The position numbers were made by a program, and so were the translations under genes. A stretch of 64,000 nucleotides of DNA from Candidatus Omnitrophota bacterium (GTDB lineage: Bacteria > Omnitrophota > Gorgyraeia > Gygaellales > JAQTUX01). The stretch is taken from the NCBI GenBank assembly GCA_028707125.1, contig JAQTUX010000002.1, positions 144,355-208,354 of the forward strand, read 5' to 3'. Shown piece by piece: positions 38,570-48,067 of this stretch. Every line of letters starts with the position of its first letter. Position 1 is the stretch's first letter. The notes beneath the pieces were generated by a model that worked only from the letters and a program-made list of their open reading frames with translations, was not told where the DNA came from and did no database searches.

Positions 38570-39438
38570 AATTTAAAATGCGCCAACTTATCTTCCTCCG
38601 TAAGTTTATACGCTTCTAATCCTATGGTCGCCTCGCCCGGGCGAGGCAAAACATAAGCGACTACTTTATCAAGAAATCCCATACGCACTCCGGCGCGAAA
38701 CATTCGGTCCTGCAAGTCGGTATCGTTAACGCGATTCCAGTTTTTTCTCCAACAGTTAATATTGTATCTGAAAAACCTCAAATAAGAACGATATAGCCAC
38801 GTCTGGGTCCCGCCGATCCTTGGGTTCTCATTAGCGGCGTTATTGACCATCCTGTTGCCGCGGCGCTCTTCCACATAAGCGGCCGACACGAATTCATAAT
38901 CTCCTTCTCGGGCAAAACGCAGTAAGGCATCGAGGTGGTCGGCCGTCCACGTATCGTCATCATCTATACGGGCGATCCACCTGCCCCTGACGGACTCCAG
39001 CGCCTTATTGGCCGGCACAACAGGGCCGGCAAGCCAATGATTCTCGGCCGTAGGCGGGTATCTATACCGCCTTCGGGATAAATTATAGAACCGTATCCTG
39101 GGATCGTTGATCCTGGAAACCAGCTCTTCGGTATTATCCGTGCAACAGTCCCCGACAATTATGAATTCGAAATTCTTATATGTCTGGCTCAACACCGAAG
39201 ATACGGCCCTTTCCATAAGCAGGGAGCCGCGATTATAAGTGGGGACATAGACAGAAATAAGCGGATCCTCCTTAATAGATGCGTACAGGTTTCCGTACCG
39301 TATGCGGTCGATCCTCAGCCTTATCGGCTCGGCGAAGCCATAATACAGCGAATCCCTCATGCTGATCAACCTGTCTTCAACGCCCCGTTTGCGCTTAACA
39401 GGCCTTATACCGGAATTATTTTTCTCTCTTACGATCAT
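38566..39438 (-). CDS. Family-2 glycosyltransferase.
   Basis: ISVYVPTYNRGSLL...IIVGDCCTDNT...ARIDDDD. Confidence 0.75.
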   Translation of the reverse strand: MIVREKNNSGIRPVKRKRGVEDRLISMRDSLYYGFAEPIRLRIDRIRYGNLYASIKEDPLISVYVPTYNRGSLLMERAVSSVLSQTYKNFEFIIVGDCCTDNTEELVSRINDPRIRFYNLSRRRYRYPPTAENHWLAGPVVPANKALESVRGRWIARIDDDDTWTADHLDALLRFAREGDYEFVSAAYVEERRGNRMVNNAANENPRIGGTQTWLYRSYLRFFRYNINCWRKNWNRVNDTDLQDRMFRAGVRMGFLDKVVAYVLPRPGEATIGLEAYKLTEEDKLAHFKF

Positions 39439-40315
39439 TTATGTTAACCAGTTGGTTATTCTCGTCTAAACACAGCTCCGGAGTGCACTGCTTGAAATCC
39501 CTATGGCTCCACGGGGTCCAGCCTTTTTTAACGGCCTTTTGGATATCCTCTTCGGTGATCTTTTTGTCAAAGATATTAACCTTACCTTGCAGATATTTTG
39601 GCGCCTTGGCCTTTTCCATCCTTAAGGCGTTGCTTTTCGATACCATATCGGATGCCGCGCCGCTGCTCGGCCGGGGCATGGGGATGGCAGCGCCGCACAT
39701 CGGGCAATGCCGTTTAACCTGATCTACGAATTCTTCCGGATTCTTATCCCACCACCTCTTCTCAACAGGATAGCCCCCAGGGCCGTCAAACAGATGATCC
39801 ATTGCCGCGGCTACTTCGCAGAAGAACCCTCCCTTGGGGGTAATGGAAGCGGACCACCTGTATTGGATCCAGCAGCTTCCGATAAGCCTCCACATAAGCG
39901 CCTTATCTTCTATTATATCATCCGCGGCTATCAACAGCGGCTGATGCGCCCCTGCCGGGCTGCTGTGGTCGTTATATACTATGTTCTCCGGACAAAATGT
40001 ATCGTAAATCTTGTCTTCATACTCTTTCCACTTGTATCCATTGCTCCAAAGCTGCCTGTGTCCTTTATCCGGTATCATTTCCTTAAAAATATCGCATATT
40101 TCGGGAAATTTCGGATGCAGGGTGGGCTCGCCGCCCATCAGCCCTATATTGCCCTCATATCCCTCAAGCGAATCTATCGCCTTTCTGACCATGTCCAGAT
40201 CCATGAAAAATGGTTTGCTATGGTGGCCTACGAACCTGGTGCAATTCGCGCACTGCATATTACAGGCATTTGTTACTTCAATTTGTATGGTTTTAACTCT
40301 GTAAATAGGAATCAT
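39416..40315 (-). CDS. Radical SAM enzyme without a B12 domain, with an extra C-terminal cysteine cluster.
   Basis: CNMQCANC (CxxxCxxC) near the N-terminus, GGEPTLHP glycine-rich SAM motif, and a C-terminal CPMCG. 299 aa. Confidence 0.7.
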   Translation of the reverse strand: MIPIYRVKTIQIEVTNACNMQCANCTRFVGHHSKPFFMDLDMVRKAIDSLEGYEGNIGLMGGEPTLHPKFPEICDIFKEMIPDKGHRQLWSNGYKWKEYEDKIYDTFCPENIVYNDHSSPAGAHQPLLIAADDIIEDKALMWRLIGSCWIQYRWSASITPKGGFFCEVAAAMDHLFDGPGGYPVEKRWWDKNPEEFVDQVKRHCPMCGAAIPMPRPSSGAASDMVSKSNALRMEKAKAPKYLQGKVNIFDKKITEEDIQKAVKKGWTPWSHRDFKQCTPELCLDENNQLVNINDRKREK

Positions 40316-40347
40316 GCCCGCCCCTTTTTGGTTGTGCCGCCATCATC

Positions 40348-41559
40348 TCAATCGTCTACGCCGCCGCCCCAGACCGTATGCCTTAGCCCCCACTCATTGT
40401 TGACCTTGGTCCATACATGAGGCGATAACGACCTGTAAAAATCGACTACTTCGTGAAATTCTTCTTCGGTTATACCGAGATATCTCAAAAACCATTGAAA
40501 ATACTTCTTCGGGAAAGCCCCGTCGTAACGCTTGACAAGGGCAACCCCTTCCTCGCGGGTAATATGGCCGTCCCTGATCTCATGCGCGGCATCCGAGGTG
40601 GCCCTGGCGATACCGAACTTCATGTAAGCAAGATAAAAATGGAAACCGTCCTGCTTATCATCCAGGCTGGCATACTTGGAATAGGTCCCTTCTGAATGTT
40701 CGGGGTTAGGCTTAAATCCGGTATTCTCTACACAATAATAATAATTTTCCTGCGGGACCCATTTCTTGTAAAAGGAAAACCAATGCATCTGCGCCCCTAT
40801 CTTGCTCAACTCTTCCAGTTCCGGCGGCCTATACAAGCGGAATGAATCAGCGTTTATCTCCTCCTTCTTGAAGACCCCCGCCTCTAAGCCATGCCGGATC
40901 AGATCGTCTATGCCGGAACCCTTATAATAAAGTTCTTGCCAGTCCTCAGGCCTCTCATAGGCATTCTTGATATTTTTGCTGGACCCGCCGTATTCGATCT
41001 CTCCGCTTTCGCCATAAAACATCAAAGGGATCTTAAACCTTACCGCCATCTGAAACGCATATGCCTTTTGCCCATAGGCAAAGGGCTCCCACGCGTCACC
41101 CAGAAGCTCGAAGGACAATCTGGATAATTTTCTATGTAAAACACCATCGGGAAAGCATAATAAATTATCAAAACCGGAATCTTTAAAACTCAAATAATTC
41201 TGCCAACCGATATCCGTGTACTCAAAAGGGGCCCAGGTCACGGTCAAAGGATGCATGCCGTATTTATATTTCAGTTGGTGCGCGACGTAACCGGAATCCT
41301 TGCCTCCGCTGCCGGGGACAATACAATCATAGCTCCCGTCCTTTGAACGGTACCTGTTCAGCAGATCAACGAGCATCTTCTCTCTTTCTTTCCAATCTAT
41401 CGTGTTATGTTTCAAGTACGCATAACGACAGGCGCTGCAAACGCCATTCTCGTCAAAAGTGATCCTCGGCCTCTGATTCGAAACAACGCAGCTTTTGCAG
41501 AATCTGGTCTCTTTTGGAAGTCTGCCCAGCTGTTTATCTAACGTTTTTCTGAATAACAT
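40348..41559 (-). CDS. N-acetyl-sugar amidotransferase (PP-loop ATPase, WbuX/PseA-like) that makes an acetimidoyl (acetamidino) group.
   Basis: N-terminal zinc-ribbon (CKSC...CSAC) and PP-loop SGGKDS. The next two genes downstream are a HisH/HisF-like pair, as in the wbuXYZ arrangement. Confidence 0.7.
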   Translation of the reverse strand: MLFRKTLDKQLGRLPKETRFCKSCVVSNQRPRITFDENGVCSACRYAYLKHNTIDWKEREKMLVDLLNRYRSKDGSYDCIVPGSGGKDSGYVAHQLKYKYGMHPLTVTWAPFEYTDIGWQNYLSFKDSGFDNLLCFPDGVLHRKLSRLSFELLGDAWEPFAYGQKAYAFQMAVRFKIPLMFYGESGEIEYGGSSKNIKNAYERPEDWQELYYKGSGIDDLIRHGLEAGVFKKEEINADSFRLYRPPELEELSKIGAQMHWFSFYKKWVPQENYYYCVENTGFKPNPEHSEGTYSKYASLDDKQDGFHFYLAYMKFGIARATSDAAHEIRDGHITREEGVALVKRYDGAFPKKYFQWFLRYLGITEEEFHEVVDFYRSLSPHVWTKVNNEWGLRHTVWGGGVDD

Positions 41560-41589
41560 GCCCTGCCTCCAATGTGCCGGATAAAAAAA

Positions 41590-42234
41590 CTACATCTTAA
41601 GGAAATTCTCAAATATTTTTAAACCGCCTCTGGCGCTCTTTTCCGGATGGAACTGGCATCCCCATATATTATCTTTGCAAAGTACGCTGCAGAATCTATC
41701 CTTGCCATATTCCGACTCCGCTATTATGTTGTTATCTTCATTCGGCGAACAGATAAAAGAATGCACGAAATAGAAATGGCTCCCGTCGGCAACATCCCTT
41801 AAAATAGACCTGCCCGGATTCAAAGCGCCCTCCTTAAAATAAATTTCTCTCCAGCCAACGTGAGGGATCTTAAACGAATTATCCTTTTCCGGTTTCTCCA
41901 GGATCCGGACTCTTCCCTTTATTAAATTCAGGCCGTTGCAAAGACCGAATTCATCGCTTTCGCTCATAAGCAGCTGCATACCTAAACAGATACCCAATAA
42001 TGGCCTGCCGCTTCCAGAAAATTCACAGATCGCATCGCTTAAGGACCTGTCTTTTAACTCGCGCATCCCCTCACGAAAGGCGCCCACTCCCGGCAATATC
42101 AATCTTTGCGCGGAGCGGACTTTCACAGGGTCGCCGGTGATCTCGGTTTCGCCTCCGATATAGGCCATCGCCCTTTCAATACTGAAGAGATTGCCCATTC
42201 CATAATCAACTATGGTGGCCTTATTATTGTTCAT
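41590..42234 (-). CDS. hisH: Imidazole-glycerol-phosphate-synthase HisH-like glutamine amidotransferase subunit (WbuY-like).
   Basis: Class I glutaminase triad region LLGICLGMQLL...HVGW...CQFHPEKS. 214 aa. Confidence 0.8.
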   Translation of the reverse strand: MNNNKATIVDYGMGNLFSIERAMAYIGGETEITGDPVKVRSAQRLILPGVGAFREGMRELKDRSLSDAICEFSGSGRPLLGICLGMQLLMSESDEFGLCNGLNLIKGRVRILEKPEKDNSFKIPHVGWREIYFKEGALNPGRSILRDVADGSHFYFVHSFICSPNEDNNIIAESEYGKDRFCSVLCKDNIWGCQFHPEKSARGGLKIFENFLKM

Positions 42235-43118
42235 TATGGATTAACCGCTCCCTGCAGCATGCACCTGCAACTGACCCCTGCTTCGCTCAGTCTCTTTTTC
42301 ACTTCTGCTATAGAATCGGGCTTGATCCTGTTAGGCATAAAATTCAAACTGCCTCTGCTCCTCTTTATAAACTCTATATTGCCTTCTTCTTTAAAATCAA
42401 CGGGGTCGATATCCCGCTCCATATATTGATAGTGGAAAATAGACGCCGCGCTTACAGCATCGGCATGCCCATGCCTTATGGCCTCCAGGATATGCTCAAA
42501 TTTACCGCATCCTCCGCAGGCAATGACCGGTATGGGCGACTCTTTCGCTATCGGGCTTACCAGACCTAAATCATACCCTAAGCCGGTGCCTTCATTATCA
42601 AGGGAAGTCAAAAGGATCTCTCCCGCGCCCAAGGCGACTACTTCCTTTGCCCAATTAAACACCTCTTTGCCGCTCGCCTCTCTTCCGTTGTCGGTCATGG
42701 CTATATATGCATTATTGATCAGTTTTGCCTGAATAGATACCACGATACACTGAGAACCGAACGTCTCGGCCGCTTCCCGGATAAAATCCGGGTTATGGAT
42801 GGCCGCCGTATTGATAGCGACTTTATCGGCTCCGGAGCGCAATATCCTCTTGATATCCTCAATCGACCTTATGCCGCCGCCTACTGTCAGAGGAATAAAG
42901 ATATTTTTTGCGGTCTTCTCTACGATCTCTAAAAGATTATTCCTTCCGTAAAGGCTGGCAACCGCGTCTATGTAGATCAACTCATCCGCTCCGTCCAGAT
43001 AATACTTACAGGCGAAATCCCACGGCTTTCCCAAAACGCGCAGGCCTTCCAGATGAATGCCCTTGACTAAGTTAGGGCCCTTGATATCCAGTCTCGGTAT
43101 AATCCTCACATTAGCCAT
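42234..43118 (-). CDS. hisF: HisF-like cyclase subunit (WbuZ-like) with a C-terminal extension.
   Basis: (beta/alpha)8 HisF motifs: RIIPRLDIKGPNLVKG...TVGGGIRS...GADKV...GAGEILLTS. Its stop shares one nucleotide with the hisH-like start. Confidence 0.8.
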   Translation of the reverse strand: MANVRIIPRLDIKGPNLVKGIHLEGLRVLGKPWDFACKYYLDGADELIYIDAVASLYGRNNLLEIVEKTAKNIFIPLTVGGGIRSIEDIKRILRSGADKVAINTAAIHNPDFIREAAETFGSQCIVVSIQAKLINNAYIAMTDNGREASGKEVFNWAKEVVALGAGEILLTSLDNEGTGLGYDLGLVSPIAKESPIPVIACGGCGKFEHILEAIRHGHADAVSAASIFHYQYMERDIDPVDFKEEGNIEFIKRSRGSLNFMPNRIKPDSIAEVKKRLSEAGVSCRCMLQGAVNP

Positions 43119-43119
43119 A

Positions 43120-43860
43120 TCAGACCGCGGTCCACCCTCCGTCTACGACAAGGTTGTGCCCCGTTACATAGCCCGACGCGTCGGATGCCAGGTATATTGC
43201 CGCTCCCGCTATATCAACCGCCTTTGCCATCCTTCCCAGAGGGGTCTTGTCTGAATATCTTTTCACAAAGGCATCCGCCTGCCTGTCGCGCACACCGCCC
43301 GGAGAAATACAATTAACCCTGACCCCATGCCCGCCGTAGTAGGAAGCGAGGTATCTCGTGAAAGCGATTATTCCGCCCTTAATAGCGGAATAGGCTCCGG
43401 GGCAGGTCATTTTGGTATTCTTATAAATAGAGAAATCCGGCCCGACCATGCCATAAATAGAAGCAAGGTTAATAATGGACCCGCCTCCCTTCTTTTTCAT
43501 ATACTCGGCGGCATTCCGGCAGCAGATAAAATACCCGTTAAGGTGCGTATCGATATTCTTTCTCCAGGACGATACCGGCACATCCTCAAACTTCAAGGCC
43601 CAATCGCCGGTCCTGGGATAAGCGCTGTTGACCCATATATCCATACGGCCATATTTCTTATCCACAAACTTGATCAAAGAAGAGACCGACCGCTCATTGG
43701 CGATATCCACATGCCGGCCGGCGTTTTTATTGATATCGGCGGCCACAACAGAGGCGCCAAATGCCGACAGGCCGCGCGCTATTTCCTTTCCAATCAACCC
43801 CGCGCCCCCCGCTACAACCGCTACCTTGCCTTTCAGGCAGAAAAGATCATCGTATTTCAT
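43120..43860 (-). CDS. Short-chain dehydrogenase/reductase (classical SDR), possibly a PtmA-like accessory enzyme of the nonulosonic acid module.
   Basis: KVAVVAGGAGLIGKEIA glycine-rich motif and YSAIK (YxxxK). Confidence 0.75.
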   Translation of the reverse strand: MKYDDLFCLKGKVAVVAGGAGLIGKEIARGLSAFGASVVAADINKNAGRHVDIANERSVSSLIKFVDKKYGRMDIWVNSAYPRTGDWALKFEDVPVSSWRKNIDTHLNGYFICCRNAAEYMKKKGGGSIINLASIYGMVGPDFSIYKNTKMTCPGAYSAIKGGIIAFTRYLASYYGGHGVRVNCISPGGVRDRQADAFVKRYSDKTPLGRMAKAVDIAGAAIYLASDASGYVTGHNLVVDGGWTAV

Positions 43861-44581
43861 TTTTCCACAGTCCTTCCTTGATCAGGAACTCAATAAATTT
43901 AAAATCCATCTCGCTGTCTATGTCGTATCGTGACAACGCGCCCATAATATAGATCTCCGTCCTGCCGGCAAAAGGCATGGAATGCCTGGTATCAAGCAGA
44001 AAATCCCTGGAGTAAAAATATATCGAGGCATTCATATCAAATACCTCAGGAGCCGCCTGCCTGCCGGAAACCTTCCTGGACAGGGCCTTACAACGCCTGA
44101 CCGATCCGTCCCCTTTCCTTTCAACCATATTAAAATACGGATTCCTGTGCGCCCTGACCACGCTGAAAAGTATCGCGGGCTTACTTCTAAGAAATAACTT
44201 CAGGCATTCATCCAGGTCTTTGATCCTCCTGATCGGAGACGTAACATCCAGATCCACGACAATATCGTATCGTTCCTTGAATATCTTTTCGCTCTGGACA
44301 AGCGCGTGCCTTATGCTCAAAAGCTTGGGGGCGCTATCCGCGGCCAACTTATCCGGCCGCATAAAAGGCACCTGCGCCCCAAAATCCTTCGCGATATCAG
44401 ATATCTTTTCTGAGTCGGTAGACACGACAACCCGCCCAGCCCCGCCCCATCTCAATGCCTGCTCTATCGTATAGGCGATCAGCGGTTTACCCATTAAAGG
44501 GCGGATATTCTTATCCTTGAGCCCTTTGGACCCGCCTCGCGCGCAAATCGTGCATAATATATTGGGCCTGCCTGCCGCCAT
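43847..44581 (-). CDS. legF: CMP-nonulosonic acid synthetase (acylneuraminate cytidylyltransferase family, NeuA/LegF-like).
   Basis: ILCTICARGGSKGLKDKNIRPLMGKPLIAYTI. I moved the start to the ATG at 44581 (MAAGRPN...), which sits just downstream of the upstream gene's stop at 44584 and follows a GGAG/AGGGG RBS. The ORF track extends it to 44632. Confidence 0.75.
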   Translation of the reverse strand: MAAGRPNILCTICARGGSKGLKDKNIRPLMGKPLIAYTIEQALRWGGAGRVVVSTDSEKISDIAKDFGAQVPFMRPDKLAADSAPKLLSIRHALVQSEKIFKERYDIVVDLDVTSPIRRIKDLDECLKLFLRSKPAILFSVVRAHRNPYFNMVERKGDGSVRRCKALSRKVSGRQAAPEVFDMNASIYFYSRDFLLDTRHSMPFAGRTEIYIMGALSRYDIDSEMDFKFIEFLIKEGLWKNEIR

Positions 44582-44583
44582 AT

Positions 44584-45507
44584 CTACACCCCTAAAACTC
44601 CTAACACATCCAACGCCTGATCCAGAGAGCACAGCCTGGGCTTCAACCGGCGGTCAAGGCCCAGGAATACCCTGAGCATACTGATGTAGGATCCATCAAT
44701 CGCATCATTCCTCAGGACTGTCTTTCCCGATATCTCCAGCCGGCCGGTGATAAGGTCATAATAAAGATTCCTGGAGTTATCGCAGATTATCTTTAAATAC
44801 CTCTCAGCCGGCTTTCTTATATAATCCAGAGTTATATCCACAATAAATTCACGGTAATCTAAGATCAATTTAAAGGTATCCGGCGCGTGGATATCCAGGC
44901 CGCTGATCTTAGCCCTGTATAAAAACCTTTTCTTGAAGGCGCTGCCAAATAGCCATAACGCGTAGTCGATCTCGTGGGAAAGGTCCAGATCAACGCCTCC
45001 CCCCAGGCGCCTGTGCGCGCTGTAAGAATCCCCTGTTTCCCTTCCCGGCCGCCATTCCCTCAAGTCCTGCCCGGCCGCTATTTCAACGATCTTGATGCTA
45101 CGCCTTTGCCCTGCTATAAAATCGGCGATCATGTCAAATGCCCTGAGAAACCTCAGATTGTAAGCGACAAATACCCCGACGCCTGAGCCGGCTGCCAGCC
45201 TTTTTATCTCTCTGCCTTTTAAGGCCGAGGATTCAACCGGCTTCTCAATGAGCACGCCCTTCAGCCGCTTCAAATTACGCAGGCAACTTTTAAAATCAGC
45301 CAAATGCCTGGACGTGACGGAAGAAATAACGCAATATTTGATATCTCTGGATGTGAGGCCCTTGATGCTGTCAACAAACCTGGCGCCTGATCCATCGGGA
45401 TGCCTCGTCAGCACGTAAGGATTGATCCCCAGCGACATTAGATTCCCGACATGACGCTTCCCTGCAGAGCCGTAACCGGCCACTAAAACTTCAACGCGCC
45501 TATTCAC
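44584..45507 (-). CDS. Gfo/Idh/MocA-family NAD(P)-dependent oxidoreductase (PtmF/WbpB-like accessory sugar oxidoreductase).
   Basis: N-terminal Rossmann VLVAGYGSAGKRHV...EKP. 307 aa. Confidence 0.7.
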   Translation of the reverse strand: MNRRVEVLVAGYGSAGKRHVGNLMSLGINPYVLTRHPDGSGARFVDSIKGLTSRDIKYCVISSVTSRHLADFKSCLRNLKRLKGVLIEKPVESSALKGREIKRLAAGSGVGVFVAYNLRFLRAFDMIADFIAGQRRSIKIVEIAAGQDLREWRPGRETGDSYSAHRRLGGGVDLDLSHEIDYALWLFGSAFKKRFLYRAKISGLDIHAPDTFKLILDYREFIVDITLDYIRKPAERYLKIICDNSRNLYYDLITGRLEISGKTVLRNDAIDGSYISMLRVFLGLDRRLKPRLCSLDQALDVLGVLGV

Positions 45508-46495
45508 AAATATCCTCTTTCAACAATTCCCTTATTTCCCCGGCCGCCATGACCTTGCCTTCATTGGATCTATATACGATACGGCTGCCTTTATCGCTGT
45601 GTTTGCCGTGATTTAGCGTGGAAAGAATGTACATATCATCCAGTTCGTTCACTATCGCCGCCTCATCGTCATTCATCAACTCCTCATGCATCTTCTCCCC
45701 GTCTCTCCTGCCGATGAAATCAATCTTGACCTCTTCCTTACCGCGCCCGTATTTAGGGGCGAATTCCTCAATGACCGCTTTAGCCAGGTCCTGAATAAGC
45801 AGGGCGGGCATTTTCAGTATGAATGTCTCTCCCCCTTTTGAGATGTGCGCTGCCTTAAGCACCAGCTCGGTGGCCTTATCAATGCTCATCACGAATCTGG
45901 TCATTGACCCGTCGGTAACAGTGACCGGGCCTCCTTTCTTTACCTGCTCCTTGAACAAAGGCAGGACAGACCCCCGGGAATTCAAGACGTTGCCGAATCT
46001 CACGCAGGAAAAAACCGTCCGCCTTTCCCCCTTGTATAAATTAGCCGATACTGTTAACCTTTCAGCAAGCAATTTAGACGCGCCCAGGACGTTGATCGGG
46101 TTTACCGCCTTATCCGTGCTGATAGTGATGAATCTATCGATCTTTTCATCCATAGCGGCTTCTATCAGATTCTTGGTCCCTAAGACATTTGTCTGAACCG
46201 CCTCAAAGGGGTTAAGTTCGCATAACGGCACGTGCTTGAGCGCTGCAGAGTGGAATACTATATCTATGCCTTCAACAGCCCTTCTCAGCCGCTCCTTATC
46301 CCTGATGTCCCCTATCAGAAGCCGTATCTTATCGCGTGGCAGCTTACGCCCAAGGTGGAACAGCTCTGTCTCATCCGTATCCATGATCCTTACGGTATTT
46401 GGGTTGTACTCCAGCAGCTTCTTGACAAGCGCGCTGCCTATGGAGCCGGCTCCGCCGGTCACAAGGATCATCTTATTTTCATAAAAATTCTTCAT
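45500..46495 (-). CDS. legB: NDP-N-acetylhexosamine 4,6-dehydratase (PseB/LegB/CapD short-form family).
   Basis: MILVTGGAGSIGSALV...DKAVNPINVLGASKLLAERL. 331 aa. It begins the nonulosonic acid module. Confidence 0.75.
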   Translation of the reverse strand: MKNFYENKMILVTGGAGSIGSALVKKLLEYNPNTVRIMDTDETELFHLGRKLPRDKIRLLIGDIRDKERLRRAVEGIDIVFHSAALKHVPLCELNPFEAVQTNVLGTKNLIEAAMDEKIDRFITISTDKAVNPINVLGASKLLAERLTVSANLYKGERRTVFSCVRFGNVLNSRGSVLPLFKEQVKKGGPVTVTDGSMTRFVMSIDKATELVLKAAHISKGGETFILKMPALLIQDLAKAVIEEFAPKYGRGKEEVKIDFIGRRDGEKMHEELMNDDEAAIVNELDDMYILSTLNHGKHSDKGSRIVYRSNEGKVMAAGEIRELLKEDICE

Positions 46496-47622
46496 TTATT
46501 CCTCCTGAAAAATGTCTTTATTGTTTTTACAATATGATCCATTTCCTCGCAGGATAATCCCGGATGTATGGGCAGCGACAAGACCTGCCTTGATATCCTC
46601 TCGGTAACCGGCAGCCGGGCCGCCTGTTTTGAACGGCCCGCGTAAAAGCGGCTACGGTGCACAGGATCAAAATATACCTTTGTGGCGATACCTTTTGAAG
46701 CAAGGTATTCCCTCAGCTGCTCCCTGCGCCTTTTGACTATCACGGAGTACAGTTGATATACGTTAAAATGGCCCTTCGGCGGCTCAAAGACAGCGATCTC
46801 CTCGATCTGTCCTAATCCGCCGGACATATACTCGGCCTTCTGCCGCCTCAGCGCGATAATCTTAGCGGCCCTTCTCAACTGGGACATGCCGACTGCCGCC
46901 GCGATGCTTGACATCCTGAAATTATAACCCAGGGAAACGTAGTCAAACGACTCTGAAGAAGCAAAATAATTGCCCGCCCCGGACCTGCCGTGCGACCTTA
47001 TAAGTTTCAATTTCTCATATATCCTAGGAGAATCTGTCAGAGCCGCGCCGCCTTCGCCCGTGGTGATTATTTTATTCTGGCAGAAACTAAGCATGGCGCA
47101 ATCGCCGAAGGCGCCGGCCATTTTACCGCCTGCCATCGCGCCGAATGATTCGGCGGCGTCCTCTATAAGGAACAGGCCGCGCCTCTTTGATATCTTTTTT
47201 AATTCCTCTATGCCGCAAGGGCAGCCGCCATAATGAACGGGGATTATCGCCCTGGTCCTGGGAGTGATCCTCTTCTTGACATCCTCCGGATCCAGGCCAA
47301 AGGTTTCCTCTTCTATATCCGCGAATACCGGCCTGGCCCCGACAAAAAGCGGGGCGTTGGCTGTAGCAATGAATGTAAAAGAAGGGACGATAACCTCATC
47401 ACCCTCCCCGATCCCATAAGCCAATAAAGCGGCGTGCAGAGCTGAAGTGCCGGAATTGAAGGCCAGGCAATACTTAACGCCGATGTACCGGGCCAGCTCA
47501 TTCTCAAACGCCCTTATAGCCGGCCCCTCTGCCCAGTACATCCCTGACCTGATAACAGAGGCAGCAGCCCTTACATCGTCTTCATTCCAATCTATCTTAA
47601 ATAAAGGCACCTTCTGCTTCAT
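46492..47622 (-). CDS. legC: DegT-family aminotransferase of the nonulosonic acid pathway (LegC/PseC-like).
   Basis: DegT motifs IVPSFTFIATANA and DAAESFGA. It is adjacent to the dehydratase and the NeuB/NeuC homologues. Confidence 0.8.
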   Translation of the reverse strand: MKQKVPLFKIDWNEDDVRAAASVIRSGMYWAEGPAIRAFENELARYIGVKYCLAFNSGTSALHAALLAYGIGEGDEVIVPSFTFIATANAPLFVGARPVFADIEEETFGLDPEDVKKRITPRTRAIIPVHYGGCPCGIEELKKISKRRGLFLIEDAAESFGAMAGGKMAGAFGDCAMLSFCQNKIITTGEGGAALTDSPRIYEKLKLIRSHGRSGAGNYFASSESFDYVSLGYNFRMSSIAAAVGMSQLRRAAKIIALRRQKAEYMSGGLGQIEEIAVFEPPKGHFNVYQLYSVIVKRRREQLREYLASKGIATKVYFDPVHRSRFYAGRSKQAARLPVTERISRQVLSLPIHPGLSCEEMDHIVKTIKTFFRRNK

Positions 47623-47626
47623 ATCC

Positions 47627-48067
47627 CTACCTTGAAAATGTTTCTATTTCTTTCCTGGTCAATTTCCTCGCTACCTTTGCCGGAACCCCGTAGGCCAGCA
47701 CATTGGCCGGTATATCTTTATTTACAAAACTGAAGGCGCCGATGACCGAATTCTCACCGATCTTTACCGCCGGCATTATCACGCTGTGGCTGCCGATCCT
47801 GCAATTCCTGCTCAAGGTAACCGGCCCCTGTTTATTGTCAATAGTAGAAACGGAGTATACGGAGCAATGAGACCCTATCTGGACATAATCCTCTATGGCC
47901 ACGCCCTTCTTGGCGTTAATATACGTATAGGCCCCTATATCGGTCTTGTAACCCAACTTAAAATTGCCCTTATGCTGAACCAACCAGTTGAATTTCGTAG
48001 GCCTGCCTTCTTCTATTTTCGGGTATTTCCAATCCTTGAATCTTGCGCCCATGTCGCTCCTCATCAA
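47627..48067 (-). CDS. Hexapeptide-repeat (left-handed beta-helix) acyl/acetyltransferase.
   Basis: 146 aa with isoleucine-patch repeats (VQIGSHCSVYSV...CRIGSHSVIMPAVKIGENSVIGAFSFV). Confidence 0.7.
   Translation of the reverse strand: MMRSDMGARFKDWKYPKIEEGRPTKFNWLVQHKGNFKLGYKTDIGAYTYINAKKGVAIEDYVQIGSHCSVYSVSTIDNKQGPVTLSRNCRIGSHSVIMPAVKIGENSVIGAFSFVNKDIPANVLAYGVPAKVARKLTRKEIETFSR

Noticed and set aside
41590-43118. Interpretation of the HisH/HisF genes as part of a histidine biosynthesis operon.
   Set aside because: No hisA, hisB, hisC, hisD, hisG or hisI genes lie nearby. The pair directly follows a PP-loop N-acetyl-sugar amidotransferase, as in wbuXYZ-type acetimidoyl-forming cassettes. 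HisF also carries a non-canonical C-terminal extension.
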